Part shown: positions 40,501 to 52,500 of the stretch, piece by piece
Layout: each line of letters starts with the position of its first letter
How positions within the stretch are numbered: position 1 is the first letter of the stretch
DNA from: Azolla caroliniana
Taxonomy: Eukaryota > Plantae > Polypodiophyta
Length of the DNA: 64,000 nucleotides
Assembly: GCA_043228905.1 (NCBI GenBank)
Contig: JBHGNT010000001.1
Span: 5,890,001-5,954,000 of the forward strand
Reading direction: 5' to 3'
Program-made: the position numbers and the translations under genes
The notes under the pieces: model-generated
The model's input: the letters and a program-made list of their open reading frames with translations, nothing else
Told to the model about the DNA's origin: nothing
Database searches by the model: none

Positions 40501-43500
40501 TGAGTGTTTTCTCATCTTTGAGAACAAATCAGAATAAAATAAATATTACACAGTAAATATAAAAGTAAATAAGAGAGAAAGAAAGAAAGATATATTGATG
40601 CTTTTTAAGAGGCCAAAATGGCCTATAAGACCAAATAAGCGATTACATATTAAGCGTTATCTCATCTTTGAGAACAACAAATCAAATTAAATAAAGGTTA
40701 CTAAGTAAAAAAAAGTAAATAAGATAAAAAGAAACTAAAGAATCTTGTTATCGGTACATGTAAGATTCTCAAGTCAGATATATTATAATTGTTACTGGAT
40801 GATGAATCCATCCTCCAATGTGTGTAAAACATGAATCTTACAATGGGTCATCTTCTTACCAAGTGATATTTTGGGGCTGATCCATGTTATCTCGTTTTCC
40901 GAGTTAATAATATCAGTTTGGATCACTCTATTCTTTTCCACTTTGATCATGTTTAGATGGGAACAACCCAATCTATATTGGAATGGGCAGTTATGCTTAT
41001 GCCATGTGACAAGAACCATTGTTGCATTTCAGCATACCAACAATGAACGTCTCCATGTTCAACAAGTTATCTTGATGACATAAGTGCTAACCTTGAGTAC
41101 CTTCCTTTAGGGAGCTCCCAAAGCCATTGGATATAGGTCACCGATCGGAATAATGTGTCGATGATTATAGGGGTTGCCCTCATCTCTACCCGGATTATAT
41201 CATGGGGCCGATGCTTTGCTCCTTATAATGCAGACTATCATTGAGACTAAAGGTCTCTCTAAATCATTCCAATTATTTCCCATGTTTCTACTCCATACAT
41301 AAGAGTTGGTATCACAAGTGTATTAAACAAACATAATTTAGTTCATGGCTCTCATGGCTCTTGGAACTGCAAATGTGCCCATTGTCTTTCAAGAACATCA
41401 AGGGCTGCATATCCACAAGAAAGTCGGGCACAAGCAACCAACTCTAACGAGATCCTAGGCCCTTTAAATGTTACTTCTAGGTATGTGTAGGAGGGTTAGT
41501 ATGCCACCTTTTCCTCTCTCAAGAAGAATTCTGGCTCCGATCTTGTTACCCATGCTTGAGTAGCGTTAAACACCATCGCTCTAGTTTTATCCAAGTTCAT
41601 TGACAAACCTTTGCCTATACAAATTACTCTCTATAGTTCCTCCAGAGAGTCAAAAATCAGCCCAACATCATCAGAATATAGTAATATTTGGATAGCTTTA
41701 CCTGTTAAGCATGCTCTTGAACCCCCGAATCTCTCTATGTAATGTGATACCTCATCTATATAGAGACTGAAGAGAGAGGGTGATAGTGGGCATCCTTGTT
41801 TTACTCCAATTTTGCTAGCCACAGCCTCTAGCAAACCATTTGTCGTTGCATCAGCCGAGCACGCAGCACAATGTTAAAGGCTTTCAGGAAATTCACAAAG
41901 CAGCAATAAATCCTCTTATTATGGGCTCTGCCCTCCTTGATAAGGGCTTGGAGGGTCAATATGTGATCCAAAGTTGTGAACCCCTTTCAAAAGCCTGCCT
42001 GTCCAGCTGAACAGCAACCATTTCATTCTGCCCATATATTTAATTCTAACTCTAGGATCGAGCCATATAGTTTAGCCAAAAAATGGGCAATCATGATTGT
42101 CCTATAGATGCTCAGTATCATGGGGTCTCCACTCATGAGGATTGGCACAAAGGTATGCCCTATCCATCTAGTGGGGAAACCTTCGTCATCTTTGTTGTTG
42201 CTTTCATCAAGTTTAGCCTCAGTAGAGGTGGGTAGTGGCACTGGGTGGACACACCTAGCTGTTGGGAATAAAGGGCCATTGTGCCTTTTATTAGTGCACG
42301 AGTGTGAACGCACTCATAGCACACTTTTGAGTTGTATATACATAATATCTAAAAACCAAAAAAGAGGTACACTCTTTTGTACCCAAGACAGCGTGCATCT
42401 CTCTCTCTCACTCAGACTCTCTCCCTCTCTGTTTTTGACCTAAACCCTAATCCTCGTGCTGCCTTCAAACTGGTATCAGAGCCAGGTTTAGGGTTTTATG
42501 CAGAGAAAAGATTAGGATTTTTTGCAGGCAGAGCAGAGATTAGGGTTTTCTGCAAAGCAGAGTTTAGGGTTTCTGCAAAGCAAGTCACGTTTTCTGCAGT
42601 GCAGGTTTGGTCCTCCGTTTGGGCTAAAATCATGACTAGCAGCAGTGAAAGTAGCCACCTTATGCACATCAAGAAGCTTGAGGGTGCACATAACTTTGCG
42701 GTTTGGAAAAAGCAGTGCTACAACATCCTGCTGCAAAAGAAGCATGCAAAGCCTATAAAAGACAAAGGTGTAAAGCCTATAGATATGAACGAAGATGATT
42801 GGCAAGAGTTGAATGAGCTTGCACGCTCGACTATTGAGTTGTCGATTTCTGATGCCTTGCTTTTTAATATTGAAGGTTTGGACTCCGCCTATTCTATATG
42901 GATTAGACTAGAGGAACTGTATGCCCAAAAGACAGCAGCTAGCAAAGTTTATTGGCTTAAGAAACTTATGGATTTGCGTATGACAGAGGGCACACCCATG
43001 TCAACTCACCTGAGTGAGTTCAATTCCATTTTCAGCCAGTTGATTGCCTTGAAATTCATCATTGATGATGAGTTTAAGGCCACGTTTTTACTTTGCACCT
43101 TGCCAGAAAGTTGGGATACTTTCAGGACTGCTATGAGCAATTCAAATGCGATGCTTTTTTATGCCGATGTAGAGAGTTCTCTACTCATGGAAGAGATGAG
43201 TCGGCAAAATAATGCATCCAATAAGTCCTCTAGTGCGTTGCATATGAGGGGTAGGTCACAACAAAGAGGCAAATTTGATAGTTATGGCCGTAGTATATCA
43301 CGTGGTAAAGATGTAGAATGCCATCACTGTGGCAAAAAGGGTCACTTTAAACGTGATTGTTTCAAATGGAAGAAAGAGAAAGGAAAGGGCAAGAAGATAG
43401 ATGATTTCATAGAAGAAAAGAGAGATATTCAACCGAGGAAAGGCAATACTAAAAGTGAAGAGGTGAATGTAGTCACTCATGATAGTGATAGTGGAAATGA

Positions 43501-46500
43501 TGTACTCTTTGTTTCATCATGCCATAGAGAACATGCTTTACTTGCAGATACGGATGGTGACATGCACACTTGGATACTCGATTCCGGTGCTTCTTTTCAT
43601 GTCACCCCTCATCGTGAGTGGTTTTCAGATTACATAGGGGGTCGACATGGTGTTGTCCATCTTGGGGACAACTATGCATGTGAAATTGCAGGTATTGGCA
43701 CTGTGCAATTACAGTTTCAGCATGGTTCTGCTTTCACACTTCAGCATGTACGGCATGTACCTCAGCTCAAGAAGAGCTTGATTAGCACAGGACAGCTAGA
43801 TGATGATGGATTTCACACAACCTTTGGTGATGGGAAATGGAAGATTTGCAAGGGATCTAGAGTTATTGCCAAGGGTAGTAAAAGTGATACTTTGTATCCT
43901 CTCCATGTATCTAGTGTGAGTGACCATGTTGTTGCCATAACCGAGCAGCCTAGTGTTTCTTTGTGGCATGGCCGGTTGGGACACATGAGTGAAACTGGTA
44001 TGAAAGTACTTTCTCGTTTGGGTTACTTGCCGTGTCTTCGTTATCCTGATTTTGAACATTGTGATCATTGCATTTATGGTAAACATGTACAAACATCTCA
44101 TAAAAAGTCTCTTTCGCTGAAGTCGTCCCCGCTTGAGTTAGTACATTCAGATGTATGTTAGATGCCAGGGCTATCATTAGGGGGAAAGAAATACTTAGTC
44201 ACTTTTGTCGATGATGCTACACGGAAGGTATGGGTTTACCCTATTCGTAGCAAGGATGAAGTGCTTGTTGTATGTATGGCTGGACTAGCCGCAACACAGG
44301 TGTCTATCCGACACTTCTCCAAAGGGGTGGTAGGGATAGGATGTTAATACACGCGTATGATAATTATACTTAAGCACAGACGAAGACAAGATCAATAAGC
44401 ATAAGCAAAACTATATTAATTCTTCGTCACTTCATTACAAAACATCGGATCCTTTTATAGGCATCCGGCCAGATTACAATCGGTGCTCGATAGGCAACCG
44501 TTAACCGAAACCGAATCGGTTCGGATCCGGATCGGTTACAACTACCGGATCCGTCCCTCCTAATAATTCTATTCCTATTTCTATATTTATCCGATCCGAC
44601 CTTGCTTTCCCATTTGCCTTCTCTGACCGGCCAACACATGGCACGCCCGTGGGAAAGTGCATTGCACTTCGAACCCACAGCCGGCTTCAGTCTTCCTCCA
44701 AATTATCCAGCAAACTCCGCTCAGAGGTTTCAAGTGTTGCCTGTGCCGTCTCCGACTTCCGATTGGATTGGCTGCCTTTTCGCATCTTGCTGCTCCGACT
44801 CTACTTGTACCGGTGGTACCGGTGTTTCTTCTGTATCCTGTCCGGGTCTGTCCTGCTCTACCTCCGTTCCGTTCCCGGTATCGCTTTCTCCGGTTTCCAC
44901 TGGTTGTGTCCTTTCCTCCCCGGATTCGGTACTTCCCTGTCTCCTCTCTGCATCATCCCCGGCATCAACCTGTTCTTGCTCCGGAAGTTCTTCCTCGGGT
45001 AATTCTTGTCGGGGTGCGTTGTCGGTTGGGTCCTCTTCAGCCGGTCGCTCGCCCTCACTGATGGAGATCGGCGTTGTGTGTCCCTCGGCTTCCTGTCGCA
45101 GTCGGTCCTTCTCGTACCCTTCCAATTCTAGTTGGGTTTCGAGCTGCCCGTCATCCAACCTCTCTACTAACCCTCGGATTTCCTTGAGATGCTCTTCTGC
45201 TAGAGCATAGAAATCCTCCGACAGTTCTTCCCGGATGTTGACGATACTTTCTTCGTCCATTTTATAGAACCCATCTCCGGTTTTCCTCCGATTTTCTGCA
45301 TCAGCTCGGAGTGTCTGCAGTTCAGCTGCCTGTTGTGCCCATTCCCTCCAGAGCTTCTCCGTGCTTTCATTTATGCTTGCCTGAGCTCGGGTACTCCAAC
45401 TTGACATGATGAACTTAATTCGGCCAACCCCTGCTTTAGCCTGTTCCGAAGCTGCTTGTTTTTCCTTCCTTATCCGTTTGATGATGTCAGCCATTAACTG
45501 AGCTTGAGCTTCAGAGTCGGCTTTTTGCTTGTCACAGGTACTCCGCCATTTGTTAATTTCGAAAGTCGACTTCACTTTTTCCTCGTTCCTGCTCGTTGTC
45601 AGCTCCCCTACTTTCTGCCGAAGTACTTCCATCTCCTTTCTTTGTTCCGACGTCAAGGTCTTCTCCGCCGATACTTCCTCCCTTGCTTTGGACAATTCCA
45701 AGCGGTTTTCCTTGAGCTGCTCTTTCAGCTTCTCTATCTGTCGGTCGTACGTTGCTGCCTGATTCTTGATGTCCGACGTGGCCTGTTTATAATCCTTACA
45801 TAGTCGGTCGAATTCCTCCGTCTTCTGTTTTAGGCGTCGGTTCGCCTGATCTCGCAACCGATCATCCCGGTCCTTTTGTTGTCGGAGTTCCTCTCGCAAC
45901 CGCTCGATTTCCTGCTCCATTCGTCGGCGCAGCCTATCTTTTTCCTTTTGCAGCTTCCCGTTTTCTTCTTGTAGTCGGTCATTGGTGGCTTTGCTTCGGC
46001 GAAGGCCTTCCTCCATTCGCCGTCTGTCGTCTTCTACCAACTTCCGCTGCTCCCTTTCGTTATCTCTCAATGCCTCCTGAGCCTGTAATTCTTCTTTCAA
46101 AGTTGCTATTAACTTCTCGGTCTCAGGGCCGGTTTGCAAGGCCTTCTCCGTTTCTGGTTCGGCTTGCTTTTCTGATGTCCCGACCGGCTCGGTGCCATCT
46201 TGTGCTTGTCGGCTGCCTTCTTTTGCCTTTGCTAGCTCTTCTTGCAGCTCATGTAATTGTGCCCGGAGCATGACCATATCCTTAGTCGTCGTCCTAGTCA
46301 CTTGTTTCCTTTGCTCCTCCTCTTTCTCCATCTGGTCTGCCACTCCCGACAACTGCCCTGACAACCACCTTAGCCATTGTGCCTTTGTTCTGCCTTCGTT
46401 GGTGTGAGCAGGCGTGCCTAGCTCCGGCTGTTTTTCCGGCTGTTTCTCCGGCCTCTTCTCTTGCTCCGGCGCTTGTTCCTTTCTTTGTTCTTCGAACTCC

Positions 46501-49500
46501 GCCGTCGGTTCCGGTACTGCCGTCTTTGGTGCAGACGGACCTTCATCCTGTGTCGCTTCTGTTCCAGTTACTGGAGGCGGTTCTTTCGCCCGTTGCTGAG
46601 TTCCGTCCGCTGTTGGGGTCGGTCTTGTCGCCCGTTTCTCCTTTCCTCGCCTGGTTGGTAGTATTAACATCGGTTCGGATGAGCCTTCCTCTGTTTCAGC
46701 GTCCTCCGTCGGTGCGACTATCGGTACCGGTTCTGATTCGAGCGTTACTGGTTCGGTGTCGGTTTGCCTCTTGCTGGTCTTCTTCGCCAGCTTCTCCTTG
46801 CCTTTTTCCGCCTCTTTCTTCTTCGTGGCCGTTTGCTGTTGCTGTTTCCTTGGCTGCCGTGATGGGCCTTCCTCCCGTTGCTGTCGGGAGGAGTCTTCTT
46901 CCCACGGTTGTCGAAATGATCCTTCTTCCCGCGGCTGTCGGGATGATCCTTCCTCCCGCGGCTGTCGGGATGATCCTTCTTCCCGTGGCGCTTCTTCTTC
47001 CTGTGTCCATCCTGGAGTGTGTTTCTCTAGGATTCGTCGGCGCTTCATGGTTGGCTTCGGCGTAGTCTCCTGCCGACTTCTTTTCTTGTGCTTGATGGGG
47101 GACGCCGGTGGGACCAACACGGTTAACCATTGGGATATTCCGGCCCATGGCTTCTTCCCTTCCACCAAGTGCTTGATCGCCTCTTTCAGTCCTTCGGTAA
47201 TGAAGTGGAGCCAGTCCACCTGCAGGCCTTCGTATGTCGCGATGACGATCGCTGCTCGGTATTTGGCTATGGCTGGCGGACGAGGGTTCACGAACCCATA
47301 CTCCATTAGGGCGCGGGCCACCTCTCCGAACAGCAGGTTCTCTCCGCCCTGTGTGCGATACGCCTTGCTGCTGAGGGAATATTTGCCGAAATACTCGAAG
47401 AATATTTGGCTCGAGGGTAGCTCTATTGTCTGAAGTCCGCCCTCCGCAATCCCAGTGAGTGCTTGTACCGCTCCTTCGGTGACTTCTGCCAGGTCCACTG
47501 CTGTTGCGGAGGGCTCTGGTTCCTTGTGTGGCGGAGCGTCGGCGACCCGCAGCAGCCCTCCTAATCCGTTCTCCATCAGCCATTGTCGCGCTCCTTCCGA
47601 CAGTGCCATCGCTTCTTCTTCCTCTGCTGCTGCCTGTGGTCTGAGGTCGGGGTGTGGGTGTTCTGCGCGTCGGATCTCGCTGTCTTGAGCCTGCGTTTGC
47701 TTGTGGGAAAATTCGTAAAAAGTGAACCCTTCTCCGGTTCTTCCTTTATATAGTGGCGTTTCCCTCGAGCCGCCTTTTCCTGTTTTTCGCGCGTGCGTAT
47801 CTTCTGCCATAATTAGCATGTCACTCTTTAATTTTGGCGTCTGCACGTCCTCTGCCTCGAATAGCATGTCCTATTTTTGGCGCCTGCGCATGCTCTGTCA
47901 TGAATAGCATGCCTGTCCTTTGCTGCCGCGTGTCATGCTTGCGCTTCTTTGCCGCGTGTGTCGAATCTCCTACGTGTCTGTCATTATGACTCCTTGATTG
48001 CCGCGCGTGTTGAATCTTGTACATCGGCCCCCCACGTTCTGTGCTTTAAATAGCTCGTGCACCCGTGTGACGGTTGTAACCACTTCCTTCATCATTACCT
48101 TGATTTTCTTGATCCTCTCTTTTATTGCTTTTCTGAATTATGATTTGCTTTTTCTTTTTTCTTTTTTTTTCACCCATGTGCCGCATCATTGTTCGGTTCC
48201 CCCCGATGTGTTCGGGTCGGTGCGTACTGTTGTCGGTTCCTCGTTGTTCCGCCTCGGTGTCGGCTCCTCGCCATTCAGGATGTCCGGGTCTTGCTTGAAG
48301 GGGTTAGCTGGCATGTGCCCCTTATACGGTTTTAGGCGAAACCCATTCGCCCATTTGCCCACAACTTCTCCTGCCAACGTCCCGAGCTGGTAAGACCCAT
48401 TGTACTCCTTTATGATCCAGAATGGTCCGGTCCATCGAAATCGCAATTTCCCCAGCATGTTCCCCATCCGTGTCTGGAACAGCAATACTGGTTACCCCGC
48501 CGGTGTCGGTCTACGAAGGCTTTCCTCCGACTTTGCTCTAGTTCTAGCTGTAGCAGGCTGGCTATTCGATTTTCTTCCAGTTCCAACAGCATCGCCAGCC
48601 GGATTCGTTCGGATTCCTTCTCGCTTAGCCGCTCCTTAACCTGTATTCTTAAGCTAGGAATTTGGAATTCTACTGGCATGACTGCTTCCAAGCCGAATGC
48701 CAATCGGAACGGGGTCGTCCGGATGCTAGTCTTGTACGCCGTTCGGTACGCCCACAGCACGCTCTGCAACTTCGTGTCCCAGTCGGTCCGGTTCTCATTG
48801 ACGATTTTTCTAAGGATGTTCTGTAGCGTTTTGTTCGTTGATTCCGCTAATCCGTTGGCTTGAGGGTAGTAGGGAGTGCTTCGTTTGTGTACTACCGCAT
48901 AGAATGATGTCAAACTTTCCACCACCTGCCCGAGGAAATGTCCTCCCTGGTCACTGATCAGCTCGATCGGGCATCCGTACCGACACCATATGCATTCGTA
49001 TAAGAATTTGGCCGTGGACGCCGCCGTGTTGTCCCGTAGTGCCTTTGCTTCTACCCATTTGGTGCAGTAGTCGGTAGCCACTATTATATACCGATTTCCG
49101 GTCCGCATTGCCGGTGGCTTGAAGGGACCGACAAAGTCCAAGCCCCACTTTTGGAATGGTTCTAAGGGCAAGACCGGGTGATGTGGCATCCGGGCCTGCT
49201 CCGTGGGTTGGCCCAGTCGTTGACACAGGTCGCATTCCCTGCTATACTTAACGGCATCTCTCATGGTAGTCGGCCACCATAGTCCGCTCTGCCATATCTT
49301 CCGGGCTGTTGTTTCGCCGGCATAATGCCCGCCTGCAATTCCACAGTGGGCTTCCCTCAGGATCAGATCCTTTTCATCGCTCCGCACTGCTCGCCTCCGC
49401 AACAGCAATGGACCTGGCAGAAGTCACCGAAGGAGCGGTACAAGCACTCACCGGGATTGCGGAGGGCGGACTTCAGACAATAGAGCTACCCTCGAGCCAA

Positions 49501-52500
49501 ATATTCTTCGAGTATTTCGGCAAATATTCCCTCAGCAGCAAGGCGTATCGCACACAGGGCGGAGAGAACCTGCTGTTCGGAGAGGTGGCCCGCGCCCTAA
49601 TGGAGTATGGGTTCGTGAACCCTCGTCCGCCAGCCATAGCCAAATACCGAGCAGCGATCGTCATCGCGACATACGAAGGCCTGCAGGTGGACTGGCTCCA
49701 CTTCATTACCGAAGGACTGAAAGAGGCGATCAAGCACTTGGTGGAAGGGAAGAAGCCATGGGCCGGAATATCCCAATGGTTAACCGTGTTGGTCCCACCG
49801 GCGTCCCCCATCAAGCACAAGAAAAGAAGTCGGCAGGAGACTACGCCGAAGCCAACCATGAAGCGCCGACGAATCCTAGAGAAACACACTCCAGGATGGA
49901 CACAGGAAGAAGAAGCGCCACGGGAAGAAGGATCATCCCGACAGCCGCGGGAGGAAGGATCATCCCGACAGCCGCGGGAAGAAGGATCATTTCGACAACC
50001 GTGGGAAGAAGACTCCTCCCGACAGCAACGGGAGGAAGGCCCATCACGGCAGCCAAGGAAACAGCAACAGCAAACGGCCACGAAGAAGAAAGAGGCGGAA
50101 AAAGGCAAGGAGAAGCTGGCGAAGAAGACCAGCAAGAGGCAAACCGACACCGAACCAGTAACGCTCGAATCAGAACCGGTACCGATAGTCGCACCGACGG
50201 AGGACGCTGAAACAGAGGAAGGCTCATCCGAACCGATGTTAATACTACCAACCAGGCGAGGAAAGGAGAAACGGGCGACAAGACCGACCCCAACAGCGGA
50301 CGGAACTCAGCAACGGGCGAAAGAACCGCCTCCAGTAACTGGAACAGAAGCGACACAGGATGAAGGTCCGTCTGCACCAAAGACGGCAGTACCGGAACCG
50401 ACGGCGGAGTTCGAAGAACAAAGAAAGGAACAAGCGCCGGAGCAAGAGAAGAGGCCGGAGAAACAGCCGGAAAAACAGCCGGAGCTAGGCACGCCTGCTC
50501 ACACCAACGAAGGCAGAACAAAGGCACAATGGCTAAGGTGGTTGTCAGGGCAGTTGTCGGGAGTGGCAGACCAGATGGAGAAAGAGGAGGAGCAAAGGAA
50601 ACAAGTGACTAGGACGACGACTAAGGATATGGTCATGCTCCGGGCACAATTACATGAGCTGCAAGAAGAGCTAGCAAAGGCAAAAGAAGGCAGCCGACAA
50701 GCACAAGATGGCACCGAGCCGGTCGGGACATCAGAAAAGCAAGCCGAACCAGAAACGGAGAAGGCCTTGCAAACCGGCCCTGAGACCGAGAAGTTAATAG
50801 CAACTTTGAAAGAAGAATTACAGGCTCAGGAGGCATTGAGAGATAACGAAAGGGAGCAGCGGAAGTTGGTAGAAGACGACAGACGGCGAATGGAGGAAGG
50901 CCTTCGCCGAAGCAAAGCCACCAATGACCGACTACAAGAAGAAAACGGGAAGCTGCAAAAGGAAAAAGATAGGCTGCGCCGACGAATGGAGCAGGAAATC
51001 GAGCGGTTGCGAGAGGAACTCCGACAACAAAAGGACCGAGATGATCGGTTGCGAGATCAGGCGAACCGACGCCTAAAACAGAAGACGGAGGAATTCGACC
51101 GACTATGTAAGGATTATAAACAGGCCACGTCGGACATCAAGAATCAGGCAGCAACGTACGACCGACAGATAGAGAAGCTGAAAGAGCAGCTCAAGGAAAA
51201 CCGCTTGGAATTGTCCACAGCAAGGGAGGAAGTATCGGCGGAGAAGACCTTGACGTCGGAACAAAGAAAGGAGATGGAAGTACTTCGGCAGAAAGTAGGG
51301 GAGCTGACAACGAGCAGGAACGAGGAAAAAGTGAAGTCGACTTTCGAAATTAACAAATGGCGGAGTACCTGTGACAAGCAAAAAGCCGACTCTGAAGCTC
51401 AAGCTCAGTTAATGGCCGACATCATCAAACGGATAAGGAAGGAAAAACAAGCAGCTTCGGAACAGGCTAAAGCAGGGGTTGGCCGAATTATGTATGGCTG
51501 GACTAGCCGCAACACAGGTGTCTATCCGACACTTCTCCAAAGGGGTGGTAGGGATAGGATGTTAATACACGCGTATGATAATTATACTTAAGCACAGACG
51601 AAGACAAGATCAATAAGCATAAGCAAAACTATATTAATTCTTCGTCACTTCATTACAAAACATCGGATCCTTTTATAGGCATCCGGCCAGATTACAATCG
51701 GTGCTCGATAGGCAACCGTTAACCGAAACCGAATCGGTTCGGATCCGGATCGGTTACAACTACCGGAGCCGTCCCTCCTAATAATTCTATTCCTATTTCT
51801 ATATTTATCCGATCCGACCTTGCTTTCCCATTTGCCTTCTCTGACCGGCCAACAGTGCTCGACAAATTTTGAACATTTTTGGCATTAGTTGAGAATCAAA
51901 TTGATAAGACACTTAAGTGTCTTCGCTCTGACAATGGTGGGGAATATGCGTCCAAGGCTTTTCAAGCATTTTGTGACAGCAAAGGGATAAAGAGGGAACT
52001 CACTGCCCCTTATAATCCACCCCAAAATGGAGTTGCAGATAGTATGAATCAGACTATTCAAGATAAGGTCCGTACTTTGCTGTCTCATGCTGCATTACCC
52101 CATGGTTTTTGGGCAGAGGCTGTTATGACAGCTGTTCACTTGATTAATCGGTCACCTAAAAGGTCTTTGGGAGGGGGAATACCCCAAGAAGCGTGGTCGG
52201 GCAAGCCACCTTCATATGCTCACTTGAGAGTGTTTGGCTGTGAGGCTTTTGTGCACATTCGTAAAGAACAACGCAACAAACTTGAGCCAAAGTCCTGCAA
52301 ATGTATTTTCCTAGGATACGGTGACAAGGGTGAAATGGGGTATAGATTGTGGGATCCCGAGAAAAGAAAAATAGTACGCAGCAATGATGTTATCTTCCGG
52401 GAAAATCGCATGCATAAACAACCCGAAAAGACTGAGGAAGTACGTAGGGTTGTATTCCGAGAAGAAATACCTTTTAGACAGGAAAATGTGCCCGCTGTAC

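Larger units (their letters stand above)
44266..51854 (-). mobile_element. Rearranged non-chromoviral (Athila/Tat-like) Gypsy derivative with 5-bp TSD GTGCT
   Basis: LTRs 44266-44636 and 51489-51854 (the latter lacks its inner 5 nt; 1 substitution seen); TSD 44261-44265 and 51855-51859; integrase on the minus strand; gag/PR/RT/RH absent and replaced by an inverted duplication. Confidence 0.93.

Noticed and set aside
42377-42631. N-terminal 85 aa of the 594-aa ORF
   Set aside because: Runs through LTR, PBS and leader from a TTG; gag more plausibly starts at ATG 42632.
23860-44266. Targeting of Gypsy elements to Copia integrase (two cases)
   Set aside because: Different guest lineages and sites, and one junction is deleted; compatible with chance.
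44639-44720. Complete tRNA gene
   Set aside because: Only the T-arm and acceptor 3' strand are present; no D-arm, anticodon arm or 5' acceptor strand is visible.
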